From positions 175,026,001 through 175,090,000 of the forward strand of contig OX597815.1 of assembly GCA_951406725.2 (NCBI GenBank): a stretch of 64,000 bases of DNA. Direction: 5' to 3'. Made by a program: the position numbers and the translations under genes. The notes beneath the pieces were generated by a model. It saw only the letters and a list, made by a program, of their open reading frames with translations. It was not told the origin of the DNA and did no database searches. How positions within the stretch are numbered: position 1 is the first letter of the stretch; each line of letters begins with the position of its first letter. This document shows, piece by piece, positions 1-13,100 of this stretch. This DNA comes from Octopus vulgaris. Lineage: Eukaryota.

Positions 1-469
1 GGGAGTATAAGTGGTAGAGAAGGGATGGAGATGGATGTGTTCATAAGAGTGTGCGGGGAGATATTTTGAGGTGGGGAAGAGGTGACTAACAAGTGATGGT
101 GAGAGAAATTGGAGTGGCTGGTAGATATGTGAGGGTATGGCAAGTGTGGAGAGAGGAGGGGCCTTTAGTGGGTGGTGGGATGGGGGTATAGCAGGAAGAT
201 GTGTGCATAAGGGATTGGGGTGTATGGTCTGCCATGAGTTTGCTTATGCTAATTCATAACACAAGAGAAATAAAACTTAATACTGAGAAACTAAACCATG
301 AGATATTAAAGAAAAATAAACTTATAAAAAGAAAAAGGTTCTAAACAAGTTGATAAATCAAAAACAGCTCAAAGCATTGTGAAATGCAATAAAAGAAATT
401 AGTATCTGTTTCTTTCTTATCATATAATATAATAATATATATGCGTGTGTGTGTGTGTATATATCATTG

Positions 470-935
470 TCGTCGTTTAACATTCACTTTCCATGCTGCC
501 ATGGGTTGGACGGTTTGACTGAAAACTGGTATGCCGAGGACTACACCAGGTTCCAATCTGATTTGGAAAGGTTTCTATGGCTGGATGTCCTTCCTATTGC
601 CAACCACTTTGAGAGTGTAGAGGGTGCTTTTTACATGCCACCAGCACAGGTGCCATTGAGCTGACACCGGCATTGGCCACAACTACAGTTTGACTTGGCT
701 TGACAGGTCAACGCAAGCACAGTATATAGCCAAGAGTCTTGGTCACCTGTCACTGCTTCCATAAAGCCCAATACTCAAATGGTACTTTTTACATGCCACT
801 GGCACAGATGTCAATCAGAAGGCACTGGCATCAGCCACAACTACAATTTCACTCTGTTCAACAGGTCATCACAAGCACAGCATATTGCCCAGCGATTGAA
901 GGATGCTTTTAACAGGCCAGTTACGTGACACTGGC
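470..935 (-). mobile_element. RTE LINE 3' end / RTE-related repeat (GAT-tail family), decayed
   Basis: Shares the core ttccatgct..catgggttggac..gctggatg.ccttccta..gccaaccact with many copies in the window. Confidence 0.75.
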
Positions 936-1939
936 ATCTATCTGTATATATATTTCGCAGTTGTTTCTTGTGGGAAGTGTCTGCGGAGAGGTGGACTGTG
1001 CTGTTGTTGGCTGTGTAGATATCACATCAACAGTTATTGGATATAAACTACCAACTCCTGTCTATGTGTCCACTGTCACTGAGGTTAATGTCCAGATTTT
1101 TAATGTTTTTTTCAAATTGGGCAGGTAGCAAAACAAAATGTATGTTGGAAGACCCAGGGGTGCATCTAATCTGGGAAAGAATGATAAAGTAAAATGAGAG
1201 GGATATGATTGAAGAAGAAAGGTGGGTGCATTAATTAGTTCAGTCTGGTGATGGTATATGGACGACAAGGTCAACAAGCACAAACCATTAAAGAATAAGT
1301 GAAAGTGCAAGTGTGTGTGTGTTTTAGATAAGTTAGTTCTGTTCAAATTATATTCATTTTTATTTTTATGAATGGTTTTTGATGGGTTAAGTAAATAATT
1401 AAATGAAGTAGCTGTGAAGATAAAATGTTAGTTTAACAACTGCAAGAATTTATAGCTGAGTGTAGGTCTGAAGCAATTTAGTACTTTAGGGTACACCAGG
1501 AGATCAGTTTTGCTGGGAGTAGAGTATGTCACTGCTTGAATTAATTGCAGTATAGTACTGGTACTTATCAACCTTAGAGGAATCCATGCTAGAGTCTCTC
1601 CAGAGAGAAACAAAAGCACTGAGGACAGCAGTGTGTGTATGTGTATTTATATTGTCATTCTCATTTTGCCCTCTGTGTATATCTATGACATCAGTGGCAG
1701 ATGCTTTATCTCATGTCCAAGAATTTAGTTTCTTTGTTGAACGCTTCCTGTATAGTGACCAATTCTTGCATAGAAGAGTCGATGGCATTGACTACATGGT
1801 TATATTGGTGGAGGTCAAGGTTGATTTAGTTGAGCCTTTCTCTCCTGTCATTTGATTTCTTCTTTTTCTCTTCTGGTGGCTTCAAAGTTTTTGGTTCTGA
1901 TGGTGATGGAGCACTGCCACTTGGTATGGTCTTGGGTTT

Positions 1940-2100
1940 GTGTTTCAAATGAGTTAAGCACAAGTCTAGTGACTTTCAGTGTTGTTTTGGGTTGGTCTTG
2001 TAAGCTCACTGAATAAGTCTTGGTATGGGAATCTTGACTCTTCCATTCTTGCTACATGTCCTGACCATCGAAGATAGTGTTTCTGTGTGAACTGAGATCC
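1940..2100 (-). mobile_element. RTE-like LINE ORF C-terminal fragment
   Basis: LRWSGHVARMEESRFP..LFSEL resembles the RTE LRWxGHVxRM motif. Confidence 0.65.
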
Positions 2101-2334
2101 CTGTTGACAGGCCCCCGAATAAGTTTTCCCTGATATTGAATAAAGTGTTAACACCTATGGTATTCAAATTAGTAGCCCCAGTTCCCTGCAGTTACTGGAA
2201 TTGATGAAAATGATGTGGACACCTGATGAGAATCTAATAAGATTCCTAAATCAATTAAAGTCGTTCATTTTTTTTTTCAGTCTACAGAGAAATAACTGAA
2301 CTTGCCTTGTTTATATATCTACTGTATAGGTTAC

Positions 2335-2825
2335 ATCATCTATTGTCCATGCTGGCACCAGACTCCAGTCTAATTTGGCATGGTTTCTGTATCTGGATGC
2401 CCTTCCTAATGCCAACCACTCCAAGAGTGGGATGGGTGCTTTTACGTGCTAGTTGTGTTACACCAGCATCTGCCACGATTACGATTTCACTTGAATTGAA
2501 GGGTCTTCTGCTCAAGCACAGCATATTGCCAAAGGTCTCGGTCATTTGCCATTGCCTCCCTGAGGCCCAAAACTCTCAAAAGGTGCTTTTTACATGCCAC
2601 CAGCATGGGTGCTAGTTATGTGATACTGGCATCGGCCACATTGCCTCCATGAGGCCCAATGCTTAAAAGGTGCATTTTACATGCCACGACTACGATTTCA
2701 CTTGGCTTGACAGGTCTTCTCAAGTACAACATATTGCCAAAGCTCTTGGACACTAGACATTGCTTTTGTGAGGCCCAACGTTCACAAACCATGCTTCATC
2801 ACCTCGTTCCATGTCTTCCTGGGTT
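2335..2825 (-). mobile_element. RTE LINE 3' end (ORF terminus plus 3' UTR)
   Basis: GAT-tail family core plus atgcttcatcacctcgttccatgtcttcct, which reads KTWNEVMKH on the minus strand. Confidence 0.75.
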
Positions 2826-3510
2826 ATATATATTATTATATTATGTTGCTGTTGTGTAAATACTGCATTTCTGTTATTTCTCTTACTTCCATTGTTCTTT
2901 GTGCTTCTGCTAATTATTACATAATAATCCCCTTATTGATGAATTAGGGTTAGGTACGACTGAGTTAAGTAATTCCGTTTGTAATCCTGTGGTTTTAGGG
3001 TTGCTCCAATTCTGCATGACATTGTAAGCAAATGTCTTCTCTAGTTTTGGGTTGACCAATTTTTTGTGAGTGGAATTGGAAGACAAAAATTGTTTGGAAG
3101 CTCATCTTGTATGTGTGTGTTGAAACTGTTCACTTTAGTGTAAAACAATGCTACCACATAGGTATTGATGTCATTTGAGTCTGCCATGACAATGTTTGGC
3201 CATAGAGCGGTTCATTGTGCAAAAGATTCAGAGAGTAAGTACCTTACATGGAAACAAGTAAAATACTGCCTCAACAAGTCTTATCTGATCTACGCCAGTT
3301 AGAAGCAGAAGATATAAAAACAAAGATGATGACTTACAAAAACTCAGATGAAAAACTTTTTCAAAAAATAAAGGTATAAATGTAGCATTCAGCTTCTTGA
3401 AGAGTCTGGTTCTACATAAAGTATTTCACCTTTAATCTCCTTAGTGCCAGAGAATTATGGCTTAGCAGCATCTTTTATAATTTGCACACAGTTCACTTAA
3501 AATGATATTA

Positions 3511-4720
3511 GGTGGGTTGTACCAAAAATAATGCAAAAATGGGTATAACTTTTTTTTTATTAATTTCCATAGATTGTTCAAATTACACAGTCATTATAGT
3601 AACTCTTTTTCATTTTCTTCATTGCAAGTAAAATAGCAGGTTTCAATCAGAAGTAATGTGTTTGTCACTGAATTCTTGACAAAAGAGGGTCGCCAGCTAT
3701 CTGATGTACACAAAAGTTTAAAAGTTAATTATGAATATGGTACTATTGACAGGAGTAATGTGTCCAGATCGCTAAAGAAGTTTAAGATGGCCAATATTGA
3801 AGACAACCTTACAGAGGGAGACCATCAAATGAGGCTGCTGAATTAATTCACAGACTGTCCACCTGTGAGTTTGCTACACAATTAGAGTAAGGTCTCACAA
3901 TGAATTATAGAGGCTGGTGGAAAACATCGGGTCCTGGAAAGTGTGCCAAGTGGGTACCTTGGCAATTGACATCTGACTAAAAGCAGAGGTTACAAGTCAG
4001 CTTTGATCTGCTGGAAGTGTTTGAAACCAGTGAAGACCTGTTTTTTTGTTTTCTCATGTGGTGACAGATGACATGTGGGCCTAACAGTATGATCTGGAAA
4101 CAAAGTCTCAGTCCAAGGAATGGGGTCATACCTATTGTCTAAGACCTAAAGAATTTAAGAGCCAGTGATTAGTACAGAAAATCATAGCTGTTTTGAAGGA
4201 TAGCAAGCACCTTGATTTTCTGGAATGTGACTACACTATGGACACCTGGTGGTACATTGTGACATTCAGAAAGTTCAGAGAAGCCATTAAGAGGAAGAGA
4301 ACAAGAATCTAAAAATGATTTACATTCACAATAACAATGCATAATTACATGTATCCTTGACCAAAAATTAGGCAATTGGCAAATTGGGGTAGTTGTTGGT
4401 TCCCCTTCTATCATACAGCCCAGTCTGGGTGTCCTGTGACTTTCACCTGTTCAATCCAGTGAAGAACAGTCTTTTAGTGACAATGATTTGATGTTATAGG
4501 TGAGGTGAAAGTTGCTGTGAAGAAGTGGATTCAACAGTGCAGACCGAAATGTTTTCAAAGAGGATTTGAAAGTTGGTAGTCAGTGATGGTACACATGTAT
4601 TGTTTGTTTTGGAGACTGTTGAATAGTGTTACCTTTGTATTTGAGGAAGTGTTACTCTAACAACATATGTCATTCAAAAATATTTTGCCCACTTTTGCAT
4701 TATATTCAGTAGAACCCTCA
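3511..4720 (+). mobile_element. Full-length decayed mariner transposon with TIRs and TA target duplication
   Basis: TA|GGTGGGTTGTACCAAAAATAATGCAAAAATGGG matches the reverse complement of the right end (TA|TGAGGGTTCTACTGAATATAATGCAAAAGTGGG). Internal KWVPWQLT and YSP..SCDFHLF motifs; many stops and frameshifts. Confidence 0.88.
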
Positions 4721-4849
4721 TATTTAATATTATGATAGATTCAAACTGGTTTATATCCAGAAACAACAGCAACTTGCATTTTTCTTTCTTCCCTTAATTT
4801 TTCTGTTTCTATTCTTAAATTCATATTTTTGTATATCTGGTTATTCCAG

Positions 4850-4935
4850 GTGGAAAACTTAACTGATACCAACTTAGTTTCTCTTCTCAAGTATTTTGTT
4901 GAAATCATTAAAACTGGAAATCTACAAAATAGCAA
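4850..4935 (+). CDS. FANCI: FANCI window exon 1 (86 nt, phase 0-2)
   Basis: ttccag|GTG...AA|gtagg; [29 protein letters not shown]. Confidence 0.85.
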
Positions 4936-6584
4936 GTAGGTTGTTTTTATGGATTTATTATGTGTTTATTAGATATCTGTATTTGCATATTTATCCAACC
5001 CATGCCAGCATGGAAAATAGATGTTAAATGATGATGATGATTTCATCTCCACCACTACCACTGCTTTCATCATTTTAGCAGGCACTTTCTTCTGCTTGCT
5101 TGAGTCAGATCAAATGAGTTAAGGCAAATTTTCTGTTATCAACCCTTGTTTCCAAGCAAGGTAATATTTACCCTTGGCCAGATGTGTTTTCCACAAAAAA
5201 CTGGAAACAAGCGTCACCACTTATATGAAGATACATACATTCTTCATCATTATCATCATCATTTACCATTTGTTTTCATGCTGTAACTGGTTGGATGCTT
5301 TGACAGAGTGCGTCAAGCTCCTGAGTCAGCTTTGGCATGACTTCTATGGTTTGATGTCCTTCCTAACGCCAACCATTTAACAATGTAGTGGATGCTTTTT
5401 GTGTGGCACCAACGCTGCTAGGGTCAACAAGTAACTTGCCTGACAGAAAAAAAGGGGGGGGGAGGAAGTCCCCATGACTAAGCAAGGGAAGGGAAGTGGC
5501 TAAAGAAAGACATCTTCAGCCACTTTTTGAGGCCAAAGAGATACTCAGTTTTGGTTGTCTCTGACCTATTTTGTAGTTATTTTCTACTCTTGGACTGTGA
5601 CATATATCTCAATGTGAATTTTTATATATATATATATATATATATATGGTATGTGTTAAGGTAGTGAAGAAAACAGAGAGGAGAGAGAGGAAAGGCAGAG
5701 ACTGAGAGAAAAGAAAGAGAATAAGAGAAAGGGTGTCAAGAAAAGGTGAGAGAAAGAAACAGAGCAAAAAAAAAAAGGGAAATGGAAATGAGAGACATAG
5801 ATAAATTGGTATATATTGAAATGTTGAAATACACAAATGAATGACAATGCAATTATAGATATAAAAGGTGGATGTTTTCAGGGTAAGAGAAGAGATAAAG
5901 GAACAGCAAGTGTGAAAGAGACAAAGAAAACAAAAAAAGTATAAAAAAAGAAACAGCTAAATTGATATATATATATATATCGTCATCGTTTAACATCCGC
6001 TTTCCATGCTAGCATGGGTTGGACGGTTTGACTGTGGGGTGGCAAACCAGATGGCTGCACCAAGCTCCAGTCTTGATCTGGCAGAGTTTCTACAGCTGGA
6101 TGCCCTTCCTAGCACCAACCACTCCGAGAGTGTAGTGGGTGCTTTTACGTGCCACCGGCACAGGGGCCAGTCTGGCGGTACTGACAACAACCTCGCTCGA
6201 ATTTTTACACATGGGTCAGTCAGGCGGTACTGGTGACGACCTCACTCGAATTTTTTACACATGCCAATGGCACAGGTGCCAGTAAGGCGATGTTGGTAAC
6301 GATCCCGCTCGGATCGTGCCTCCTACATGCCACTGGCACGGAAGCCAGTTAGCCGCTCTGGCAACGATCACGCTCAGATGGTGCTCTTAGCACCCTACTA
6401 GCACGGGGCACGTAAAAGCACCCCACTACACTCTCGGAGTGGTTGGCGCTAGGAAGGGCATCCAGCTGTAGAAACTCTGCCAGATCAAGATTGGAGCCTG
6501 GTGCAGCCATCTGGTTCGCCAGTCCTCAGTCAAAATCGTCCAACCCATGCTAGCATGGAAAGCGGACATTAAATGATGATGATG

Positions 6585-6623
<39 letters not shown>

Positions 6624-7160
6624 TATATATATACATACATACATGTCCTACCCATGCCAGCATGGAAAACAGATGGTAATCGATGATGATGATGATATAT
6701 ATATATATATATCATCATCATCATCATCATTTAACGTCCGCTTTCCATGCTAGCATGGGTTGGACGGTTCAACTGGGGTCTGGGGAGCCCGAAGGCTGCA
6801 CCAGCCTAGTCAGATCTGGCAGTGTTTCTACAGCTGGATGCCCTTCCTAACGCCAACCACTCCGAGAGTGTAGTGGGTGATTTTATGTGCCACCGACACA
6901 GGTGCCAGATGAGGCTGGCGAACGGCCATGCTCGGATGGTGTTTTTTATGTGCCACCGACACAGGTGCCAGATGAGGCTGGTAGACGGCCACGCTCGGAT
7001 GGTGTTTTTATGTGCCACCGACACAGGTGCCAGATGAGGCTGGCGAATGGCCACGATCGGATGGTGTTTGTTACATGCCCACAGCACGGAGGCCAGTCGA
7101 TACGGTACTGGCTACGGCCATGTTCGGATGGTTTTCTTGTGTGCCACTGGTACCACAAAG

Positions 7161-7193
<33 letters not shown>

Positions 7194-10100
7194 CACAAAT
7201 GGAGAGATATACGAGGCAATACTCAAAAGAAACAGGAATTTTGCAATACTATTTCATTCACTTAGTTGTACATGTTTCTTCTCCATTTGAAGCAATGCAT
7301 TGGTACAGACATGTTTTCTACTGCTTGAAGCTATGCTGGAACTCTTGCAAAGCGATGCCTTTTCATGCCTCCATTACTCTTTTACTTGTTTCAGTCATTT
7401 GACTGCGGCCATGCTGGAGCACCGCCTTTAGTTGAGCAAATCGACCCCAGGACTTATTCTTTGTAAGCCTAGTACTTATTCTATCAGTCTCTTTTGCCGA
7501 ACCGCTAAGTTACTGGGACGTAAACACACCAGCATCAGTTGTCAAGTGATGTTGGCAGGGACAAACACAGACACACAAACACACATATATATATACATAT
7601 ACATATATACGACAGGCTTCTTTCAGTTTCCGTCTACCAAATCCACTCACAAGGCTTTGGTCGGCCCAAGGCTATAGAAGACACTTGCCCAAGGTGCAAC
7701 GCAGTGGGACTGAACCTGGAACCATGTGGTTGATAAGCAAGCTACTTACCACACAGCCACTCCTATACCTATATATATAAACATAGACATACATATACAT
7801 ATATATATATATATATCATCATTATTTTAATATCTATTTTCATGCTGGCATTGGTCAAACAGTTTGACTGAGGGCTGGCAAGCCAGGAGGCTGCACCAAG
7901 CTCCAATCTGATCTGGCAAAGTTTCTACAGCTGAATGCCCTTCTTAACACCAACCAGGCCTAACAGGTTCTATGCATCGAATATAAATATCAATGGAAAA
8001 ATATATTTCATGTTACAGCAAGATTTTCAGGAACACGTTACTGCTGTATTGTAAAGGATTATGGTATTTATGTTCTGACTATCCATGTAGAATGTTGCCA
8101 ACAATAATTCCACTATTCTTCAATCTATATTCCTACTGCTGAGGAATCTCTAGGTAGTTCTGGTCATCTGTATCCATTGCCAATCTATCTTTTAAGGGGA
8201 GACACAAAAAATTGCCACCATTATCAAACTGCTCACTTTATCTGGCTCTCAGCAAATGCAGCCAGGGCATTATCATCAATAATCTGTACTGGATGGACAA
8301 CATTTTCAAAACTGACTCAAAAAAGCTGAAGGTGCTTTAGCATTATGTCAGTTGTTAACTGTCAGAATACTTTTTTTTTCTTCAAAACTCCATACTTGTC
8401 ACAATCCACCAACGTTACTCCTCACCTATCTTCATGCTCTTTTCCTCATTATGGTTCTTTTTTCATCTTGTATTTTATTTGTATGCTCTATTGGTACCTT
8501 TGGCTATTGTTACCAGTTCTTGCCATTGTTTGGTCTCCTCTGCTGAGTTGTGCACCATGGCACTACATACGTAAGTACGTACATACATACATACAAGCAA
8601 ACACTTTATAAGTATTGAGAGAGATTTATTAATTATACCATGTTGGGTTCCTTTTCTGAATGATGCAGGATTCTTGAATTGTTCCCAAAACTGCTGTCAG
8701 TCATTGCAACAAGAGAAAAGGTTCCTATTGATGACATCAACTGGTTGAAAGGTTCAGATTTCAAAAGTCAAATCCTCAACAAAATTTGTTCCAACAGGTT
8801 AGTATATGCTTCATACTGTTGTTGATGTATGTTATAAATATATATTCCTGTTGTTGTCATATATGTATCTTCATTTAATGTCTGTTTTCCATACTGGCGT
8901 GGATTGGACTGTTTGATGAGCTGGCCAGCCAGGATCCATTTGTCTGCTTTAGCATAATCTCTAAGGCTGGTTGCCCTTCCTAGCACCAACAACTTTAGAG
9001 TGTACTAGGTACTTTTTAGGTGACACCTGCACCAGTGCTTTTCACATGGTGCCAGCTTGGGTGCTTTTTATATATGAAGTGTCCTTGATTTTTCCTTTTT
9101 AGCTGTATACTGGTACAACATTACACCAAACTTAGTGATGTAGAGGTATCCGTGTAGTCTGTCATAAAAGGAAGATGAGACTCCATAGAATGATAAATAG
9201 AATTTATTTGGGATAGAAGATACAAAGTTTTTCACACAATTTAAGAAATCAAATATTAACACATTGTGGACCCTTTGGACAACAAGAAAACACTAACTAG
9301 TTGTGAGATTTGAACTGTAAGGATATCAGAAATGCATGTGTGGTGTTGTGTGTGAGGCTTAGTCAGAAAACATATTCAGTTCATAGCTTGGAATTACTGC
9401 TACAAATTCATAGCAGGTGTCAATGTTAGTAACACTACAGTAATTTTTCGTTTAAGCTGTAGTGCTAGAGTTAGTTGCTGAACAAATCGCCATGATAGTG
9501 CAGGGAAATGATGGTGGTCTGAAATCTATTAGGCAAGCATCATTAGAACGACAATAATAAGAAGACTGCTAGGCAAACGTCATTATGATGATGGTAACCG
9601 CATGTGATCTGTGGCCTGAGTTAAAAAGGAGATCAGTGCTCCTTGGTGTCCAAATGGTAAGAGAGAAAGACAGCTCTCCACTACTGGAATATATGTGTCA
9701 GCAAGGGGATGTAATTCGGCTATCCTGCTGTGCTACTACACCTTTGTATCCAGTCATTGCAGTTGAGCTTTGTAAAAGGCCAACATCTTAATTATCAAAT
9801 AACCTCACTTTACTTTACTTTAGGATAATCAAAACATTGTATGGATAACAAGTGTATCATTAGCTTTCAGTTATCATCATCGTCATCTTTTTATCCCTAT
9901 TTTTCCATGGTTGCCTGGATGGATAGGCCTCAACACTTGTCATGGTCTGTTCCATCTGATATGCACAGCAATGGAGAGCACCAACCATCTTTGTGATGTG
10001 AGTTGGATGTATTTTAACATTCCGTGGCATTGGTGATGTTGTCTAAGAGATGAAGATGAAACAGTTCCCCACTTCTTTTTTGGTGTTGCTACCCTCCTAG

Positions 10101-13100
10101 ACAAGTAGACTGTCATGTGACTTGGCTGAATCTATGTCTCACTTGTACATTGGCATCGCTTCTATAGCTGGATGCTTTCTCACCAACCACTGGTGAAACT
10201 TTACTGGCTTCATTTTATATACCACAAACAAAAGAAGGATTGTTCCATGAAGTGAAGAGTCCTTTCTATCATGTATTGTTTCTTATAAACATTTACTATG
10301 TTCTTAGATGGATAGCTTTCATAGTCCGTTTTACTTGTACTTTAAATTCTTCTCTGAGTGTCATGTGGAGTAGGGTGGATTCCACCAGGTTGACTCTCTT
10401 CTAATAAAGAAGACAAAAACTCTCCCGCTCAATAAGTTAATGGGACTCATTTTTTATTTCAAAGATATTTTACAGGAAAAAAAGTCTTTAAAAAAAAGCA
10501 TCAAAATATTTATTTAGTTCGCTCACTCCAAAAAGTCTTCTTTTATATTTAACTGTTTTTGTGTGAAGCAAAATTGATTGGATATTCTCATCACAGACTC
10601 CAATGTTACAGCAGTGAACTAAAATAGACCAATTGTTTTGTGTTATTGAGAAGTTTATTTTCTAGAACAGAAGACTCCTTACACTATATTCACTTCAATG
10701 AAACTAAGTCAAATTAAACTAGATGCCTTTATTGTAGATACCTAAACATGTAGAAGACCTTTTTTTTTACCAAGATATTTTTAATGTTATTCATTTTTTT
10801 TTTCTCAAAATTTACTTTTTCAAGATGGAATACCAAATTTGTGATTCAACTTGTTGACATGCTCAAAGATGTTCAGATGTCCAGTGACGAGTTAGAATTT
10901 GTCATTGACAAGACACTTCGCATCTTTCCAGAGTTAGATCTCTATGATCTACCTGCACTGGTCTTGAATTTGCTACTTTTATCAATAAAAGTGTGTATTC
11001 TTTTTTCTTTTATCTTACTTTGGTTATATTTTAACTTTCAAAATAGTTCTGTGTGTTTCTGCTTTTCAATTTCTTTGAGGAGGAACCACCAGTGCCCATC
11101 ACCATTTTCATTCAGGGCTTTTAAGATTGCCGACAGGAATAGAGGACATTATCCAGCTGAGGACCTGTACTGAATGAAGTATTGTTAAAAAAAATCAAAG
11201 ATCATCAACTAAATTATGGTTGGGACATAACAGTTTACTCTAAGCAGCCATCTTCAGTTCCCACCACAGCCTCAGGATGGCTCTAGAACTTGGCACATGC
11301 ATTTCTCACTGTATCCCTGGGAAGATCTTCGAACACCTTGATCTTGGCCACCAGTTTGGCCTCGATGTTGCAGGCAGAGTGGTTGGTGTCTTTCTTAAAT
11401 GGACCCTGGGCATTTGAGTAGTTGGTGTCTTTCTCAAATGCACCATGGAATTACAGCTGAGGGAATTAGGGAGCTGGGGCTGATGAAGTTATAGAAATTT
11501 TCCAACAACTACTCCTGATTCTTTCTGGAGGTATGGCAAGAAGCCATATCCTGCTGCCATACATATGGTCTTCCAGTAGCAACCTGCTCCAGCCATAGTT
11601 TGACCAGTCTTCAGCAGCAGAATTGAGCCTGAGACCCTGTGGGGCAGCATGACATCACCCTCACTACTACACATCCAAAGACCATCACAGTTTGGGAGAA
11701 CTTGGTTTTCATGATACATGGGACTTCAAATAGATTGTAAGTAAACCACCTGTTGCTCTGGGTGTTGTGCAACCCATCCTAGCAGGAGTTTTTTTTCCTT
11801 GGAAAAGAACCAGATCGTCCCTGGTTCAACAAAATGCCTCAGTTTGTTCAGGAGCTTCTTCGCCTTCATGAAGCCATTCTTCTTGGCTATCAGAATTTGT
11901 CTTTTACACCTTTTAAATGAGTGTTAGTAAAGGTTTTCATTCAAGTATAGCTTCATGGTGGTAACTCCAACACCCATCTCTCTCACCAAAGCCCAGATTC
12001 TCTTGGTTAGATTATCCATCACCTTGCCCTGCAGTTGTCAGGTGAATTCCAGGGTATGAACAGTTAGAATGCCTGCTATGGCCCTTCCCGCTGGTCACTG
12101 TTTTGTAGTCTACATTTCAGCTGTCCATGTCATGTCTTACAGCCTTCACACTCTTTGCAGAGCGTTGACCAGCAGTTATAATGTCAGCATTTTGATATCT
12201 GACATGCATTTATAATGACACAGAACTCTTTCCCAATATTCATATGGCTTCCAGTCCTCCATGTCAGCTAACTTTTACTCAACTGCAGCTTTAATTTTTA
12301 TGTTCTTCAGTAATATTGACTTTTCACCAATACATCAAGCTGTTCCTGGAAAGAGGAAACATAAAAAAATTATCAGATTTCATCTGAACAACCCTATATG
12401 CATGCATGCACACGCACACATCATCATTGTCATCATTGTTGCTTTAATGTCTACTTTTCCATTCTTGCATGAGTTGGCCAGAATTCACCGAGGCAAATTT
12501 TCTACTGCCAGAGACCATTTCTCTCATCAAGCCTCACCTATTTCCATGTAAGGTAATATTTTCCCCATGGCTGTTCATATTTTCAACCACAAGATTGGAA
12601 ACAAATGATATAGTTCTTTAATGGTAACACTTGCTGTAATGTGAAGGCAAAGAGACTCAAATTGGTCCATTTATTATCAGAGTAGTTCAGCTAGACGAGT
12701 CAGCTTATTAATTGAAAACTCAGTAGTTTCTATTTTCCTACCAATGCTGTGCAAAATTCATAACAAAGGTTTCCTCCTAGCTACAAATAATGTCTATAGA
12801 CTGCTGTTACTATTTCTTTCTCTAAATTGTAAAATTTGAGAACTTGTAAAACTGATAAACTTTGTGGTTTTTGTTGTGGTGCTCAGCAAAACACAGAACT
12901 AATTGACTTTGGATTAGCAACTCAATTGAAGTCTATTGCCAGTTTTGTTTGTGTTGGCATTGCTACAATTTGTACAGGAATTAGGAATAGACTGTATGGG
13001 AAATTGGTGTTTTGGCCTTTAAAAGCCTCTTGGGGTGTGGTGTGTCCTTTTTGCATCAGTAAGTTATCAGAACTATAATGGTATATTAATCTAGTATTAA

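Noticed and set aside
2215-2268. Hammerhead-like CTGATGA-GAATCT-aata-AGATTC
   Set aside because: It has a good stem II, but the required GAAA is absent (CTAAA) and stem I pairing is poor.
2281-2329. Possible upstream FANCI exon after tttttttcag
   Set aside because: No frame resembles the expected FANCI segment, and it runs into a repeat.
6880-7150. CRISPR-like array
   Set aside because: Contiguous tandem units with no unique spacers, inside a LINE 3' UTR, in eukaryotic DNA with no cas genes.
6887-7402. 171-aa ORF as a gene
   Set aside because: It is a translation of the minisatellite and (TA)n, with no domain signal.
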